From: Chiloscyllium plagiosum
Taxonomy: Eukaryota
Reading direction: 5' to 3'
DNA: 64,000 bases
Assembly (NCBI RefSeq): GCF_004010195.1
Contig: NC_057728.1
Location: 50,401,907-50,465,906 of the forward strand
Below, in pieces: positions 61,156 through 64,000 of the stretch. The notes beneath the pieces were generated by a model. That model had not been told where the DNA came from and made no database searches. It saw only the letters and a program-made list of their open reading frames with translations. Position numbers and translations under genes: made by a program. The first letter of the stretch is position 1; each line of letters starts with the position of its first letter.

Positions 61156-61514
61156 GGACTGTTTTTTAGATGAAAACCCCAAGTTTTCTCTCTCGCTGCC
61201 TGTTTAAATATCCAATTTTCTCTGAACTGCTTTCAGGGTTTGAAAGCTGCCTTGTCTTAGTAGTAAGAGCTGGTAACAGACTCTGTATTGCCTGGCTAGA
61301 AACTTGGCACAACTTGAGCATAACACTGACTGGTATTCTACTGATTCAGCCATGCAAGTGATGGTTTACTTTGATGTTTGAAGAAGTATAAAACTACATG
61401 CAGTTAGTTATTAGGTCTTTTTTTGAGTTTTATAAAATTGCAACTTAAGAGTAGTGATATAAACTATTGAATTGTTAGATCTATTGCTATTTCACCCACT
61501 GTTATACAATAAGA

Positions 61515-62065
61515 TAAAGCACAGGAACAGGCCATTCGGCCCACCAGGCCTGCTCAAATTCTGATCCTTTAGACTTGCTACTAATTGCCAATGAATGGTT
61601 TCTAGCCCACTGTTCGCTGTTTATGTGCCTATCAAGATATGCCTTTAAACATGCCTGCTTCCACTATCTCCACAGGCAGTGCAGTCCAGGCACCCACCAC
61701 CCTCTGTTTGAAAAGCCTTCCCTGCACTTATTCCCTAAACTCCTCCCCCACCCACCCATACACCTTAAAACCGCCTTGTCGTTGACCTTTCCACCCTAAT
61801 AAAAGCCTCTGACTATTCTTCCTATCTATGCTTCTTACAGTTTTGTTGACTTCTATCAGGTTGCCCCTCAGTCTCCATCTTTCCAGTGAAAACAATCTAA
61901 ATTTATCCAACCTCTCATAAAACTACAGCCTTCCAGACCAAATAAAATCCTGACAAACCCCCTCAGCACCCTCCAAAGCAACAATGTTTTCCAATAGTGT
62001 GGCAACCACACTGCACACAGTATTCCAAATGTGGCCTAACCAAAGTTTTGTACAACTGTAACTTG
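61515..62065 (-). mobile_element. CR1-type LINE 3' fragment
   Basis: LFSLERWRLRGNLIEV. Confidence 0.8.
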
Positions 62066-62445
62066 CCAACTTTGTCAGTTGCAAAGGATGTTTTTCAGTT
62101 GACTGTATGGTGCCATCAGCAAGCTTCAATTTTACAATTTGATGAATGCCTTTCAATAGCTGACTGCCTAATTAACTTGTTTGCAATTAGTGGCTAAATT
62201 ATTGAAAGGATAGCTGTTCCAAGTAAAAAGGAGTGTTTATCGCTATTACCCTAACAGGCATAGGTGAGATCTGCAAATTTGAAAAATTATCCCAGTAATA
62301 TTCATAGCATTTCATAATCAAAGACATTAATTTGTCACTGCCCTGTGTTGACTGTGTTAGTGTCTCAGGCACACTGTAGCACCAAGTTATTTTACCATCA
62401 TCAGATCAAACATATTAAAACAGCTAATAGAATGTTATCTTACAG

Positions 62446-62470
62446 GTGTGTGTGTGTGTGTGTGTGTGTG
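62446..62470. repeat. (GT)n microsatellite
   Basis: About 12 GT units. Confidence 0.95.
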
Positions 62471-62894
62471 ATGACTGCTGGTGGTTCAACCTGAGGGTCA
62501 CTATGCCTCAGGCAGGGGGCAATTATTGAGAAGGCAGGATCCTCAGTGATCTCAGCTGGTAAAGGAATTGAACCCAATTTGTTACTGTCACTCTGCAAAG
62601 CAAATTGGCTGCCCAGCTTCTCTGGGATTATGGCTACTCACCTTCTACTTTACATTTTTAATGCAAGAGGAACTGAATATAAAACCAGGGGGATTATCCT
62701 TGAGTTAATCAAGATAATGATGAGACCATATCTGGAGTACTGTATAAAGTTATAATTGAAACTTAGAAGGTTGAGGGATTTTGACAGGGTAGATATTGAA
62801 TCAATGTTTCCTCTGATGGAAGAATCTAGAATTTTGGGTCACTGTTTTAAATAGGCAGTTCCTGGTTTTTAAACAGATGACTGTTTAAAAGGCA

Positions 62895-63230
62895 GGTCAG
62901 GTGACTGAGGAGTCGCAGGTGGAGTTTAATTGAGATGCTGCATTTTGGACAAGCAAATCTTAGCATGACTTATACACTTAATAGTTAGGTCTTAGGGATT
63001 GTTGCTGAACAAAAGTCTTGGTGTGCAGGTTCATAGTTCCTCAAAGTAGAGTTGCAGGTAGATAGCATAGTGAATAAAGCACTTGGTATGCTTTCCTTTA
63101 TTGGTCAGAATATTGAGTATAGCAGTTCGGAGGTCATGTTGCAGCTGTACAGGACATTGGTTAGACCAATTTTGAAATATTGCGTGCAATTCTGGTCTTC
63201 CTATTGGAAGGATGTTGTGAAACTTGAAAA
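62895..63230 (+). mobile_element. CR1-type LINE fragment
   Basis: LYRTLVRPILKYCVQFWS. Confidence 0.85.
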
Positions 63231-64000
63231 GTAACTTGAAGCTAGCTATTCAGTTAACTGTTATGCAGTCATCTCTCTAAATCTATAATAATGCAATGGC
63301 CAGCTGTTTCATATTATGTTAATATTAATGGGGATGGATAGGTTAAAGCAATGTAGCATATCCAATTCACCTCACTGGTGAATTCCCCTTAGAAAGTCAC
63401 CCTGATCTGGTTATCTATTTTGTTGCACCATAGAGTATTTTGTAACAAATACTTGAATTTGGAGAGGACATGGTGTCCACAACTGTTTCATGGATTGTTG
63501 ATGTCGAGCTAAATGAACTAACTAGCATCTAGTTCTGCTAAATAAACTAGTTTAAACTGAGAGAGGGGGGTGGGGGCGCATTGTGTGTATATCCCTTGAC
63601 CCTGAGACTATAATTATCTAGATAAATGTATTAGCCAGTTGGTCATGGCAAAATCCCCAAGACAGTTACGATTTTGGTGGTTGGGAGAGAAAGATGAGCC
63701 TGGCACTGGGTGAGCTTCCTGCTGCTCATGTAATAGTGCCATGAGATCTTTTTTCCAACTAAAACTTATTCAACTTCGTCCAAATGAGAAGACTCTGTGC
63801 TGTATTCCTCAACCTGGATTATACCCAATCCATAAACTGGTAGCCATAATTGTTTGACTTCAAAGTGATGTGACCAATTGAATCAAGCTACTTTACGCAA
63901 TTAATATTGTCGCATGCAAGATCAAAAATCCTGAATATTTGGGAGGTGGAACGGAATTTCAAATTGATAATTTCTTAATGCCACATCATTACTAGTTGCA

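Noticed and set aside
1..64000. Prokaryotic systems (operons, CRISPR arrays, defence islands)
   Set aside because: The sequence is intron-rich vertebrate DNA. There is no regularly spaced repeat-spacer array and no long intact ORF.

Overview
Eukaryotic (vertebrate) genomic DNA, AT-rich and repeat-dense. HE1-type SINEs and abundant CR1/HER1-type LINE fragments point to a cartilaginous fish, probably a shark (inference). The only host gene is PPFIBP1 (liprin-beta-1, + strand), with its first two coding exons at 53301-53361 and 57555-57760. The rest of the window is probably its 5'-UTR introns and first coding introns. Two things stand out. (1) A ~3.5 kb minus-strand, non-autonomous ERV-like element (10698-14175) has two LTRs, a tRNA-Ser PBS, a PPT and an env-like transmembrane remnant. 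Its interior carries an intronless, decayed, internally deleted RBPMS2-like cDNA, consistent with retroviral-style capture of a cellular mRNA. (2) Many short fold-back or Penelope-related elements, flanked by 11-15 bp TSDs, carry minimal hammerhead-ribozyme cores (CUGANGA..GAAACGUC). Two identical intact cores lie sense in the same PPFIBP1 intron. Repeat boundaries and identities were estimated by eye and no database searches were run.
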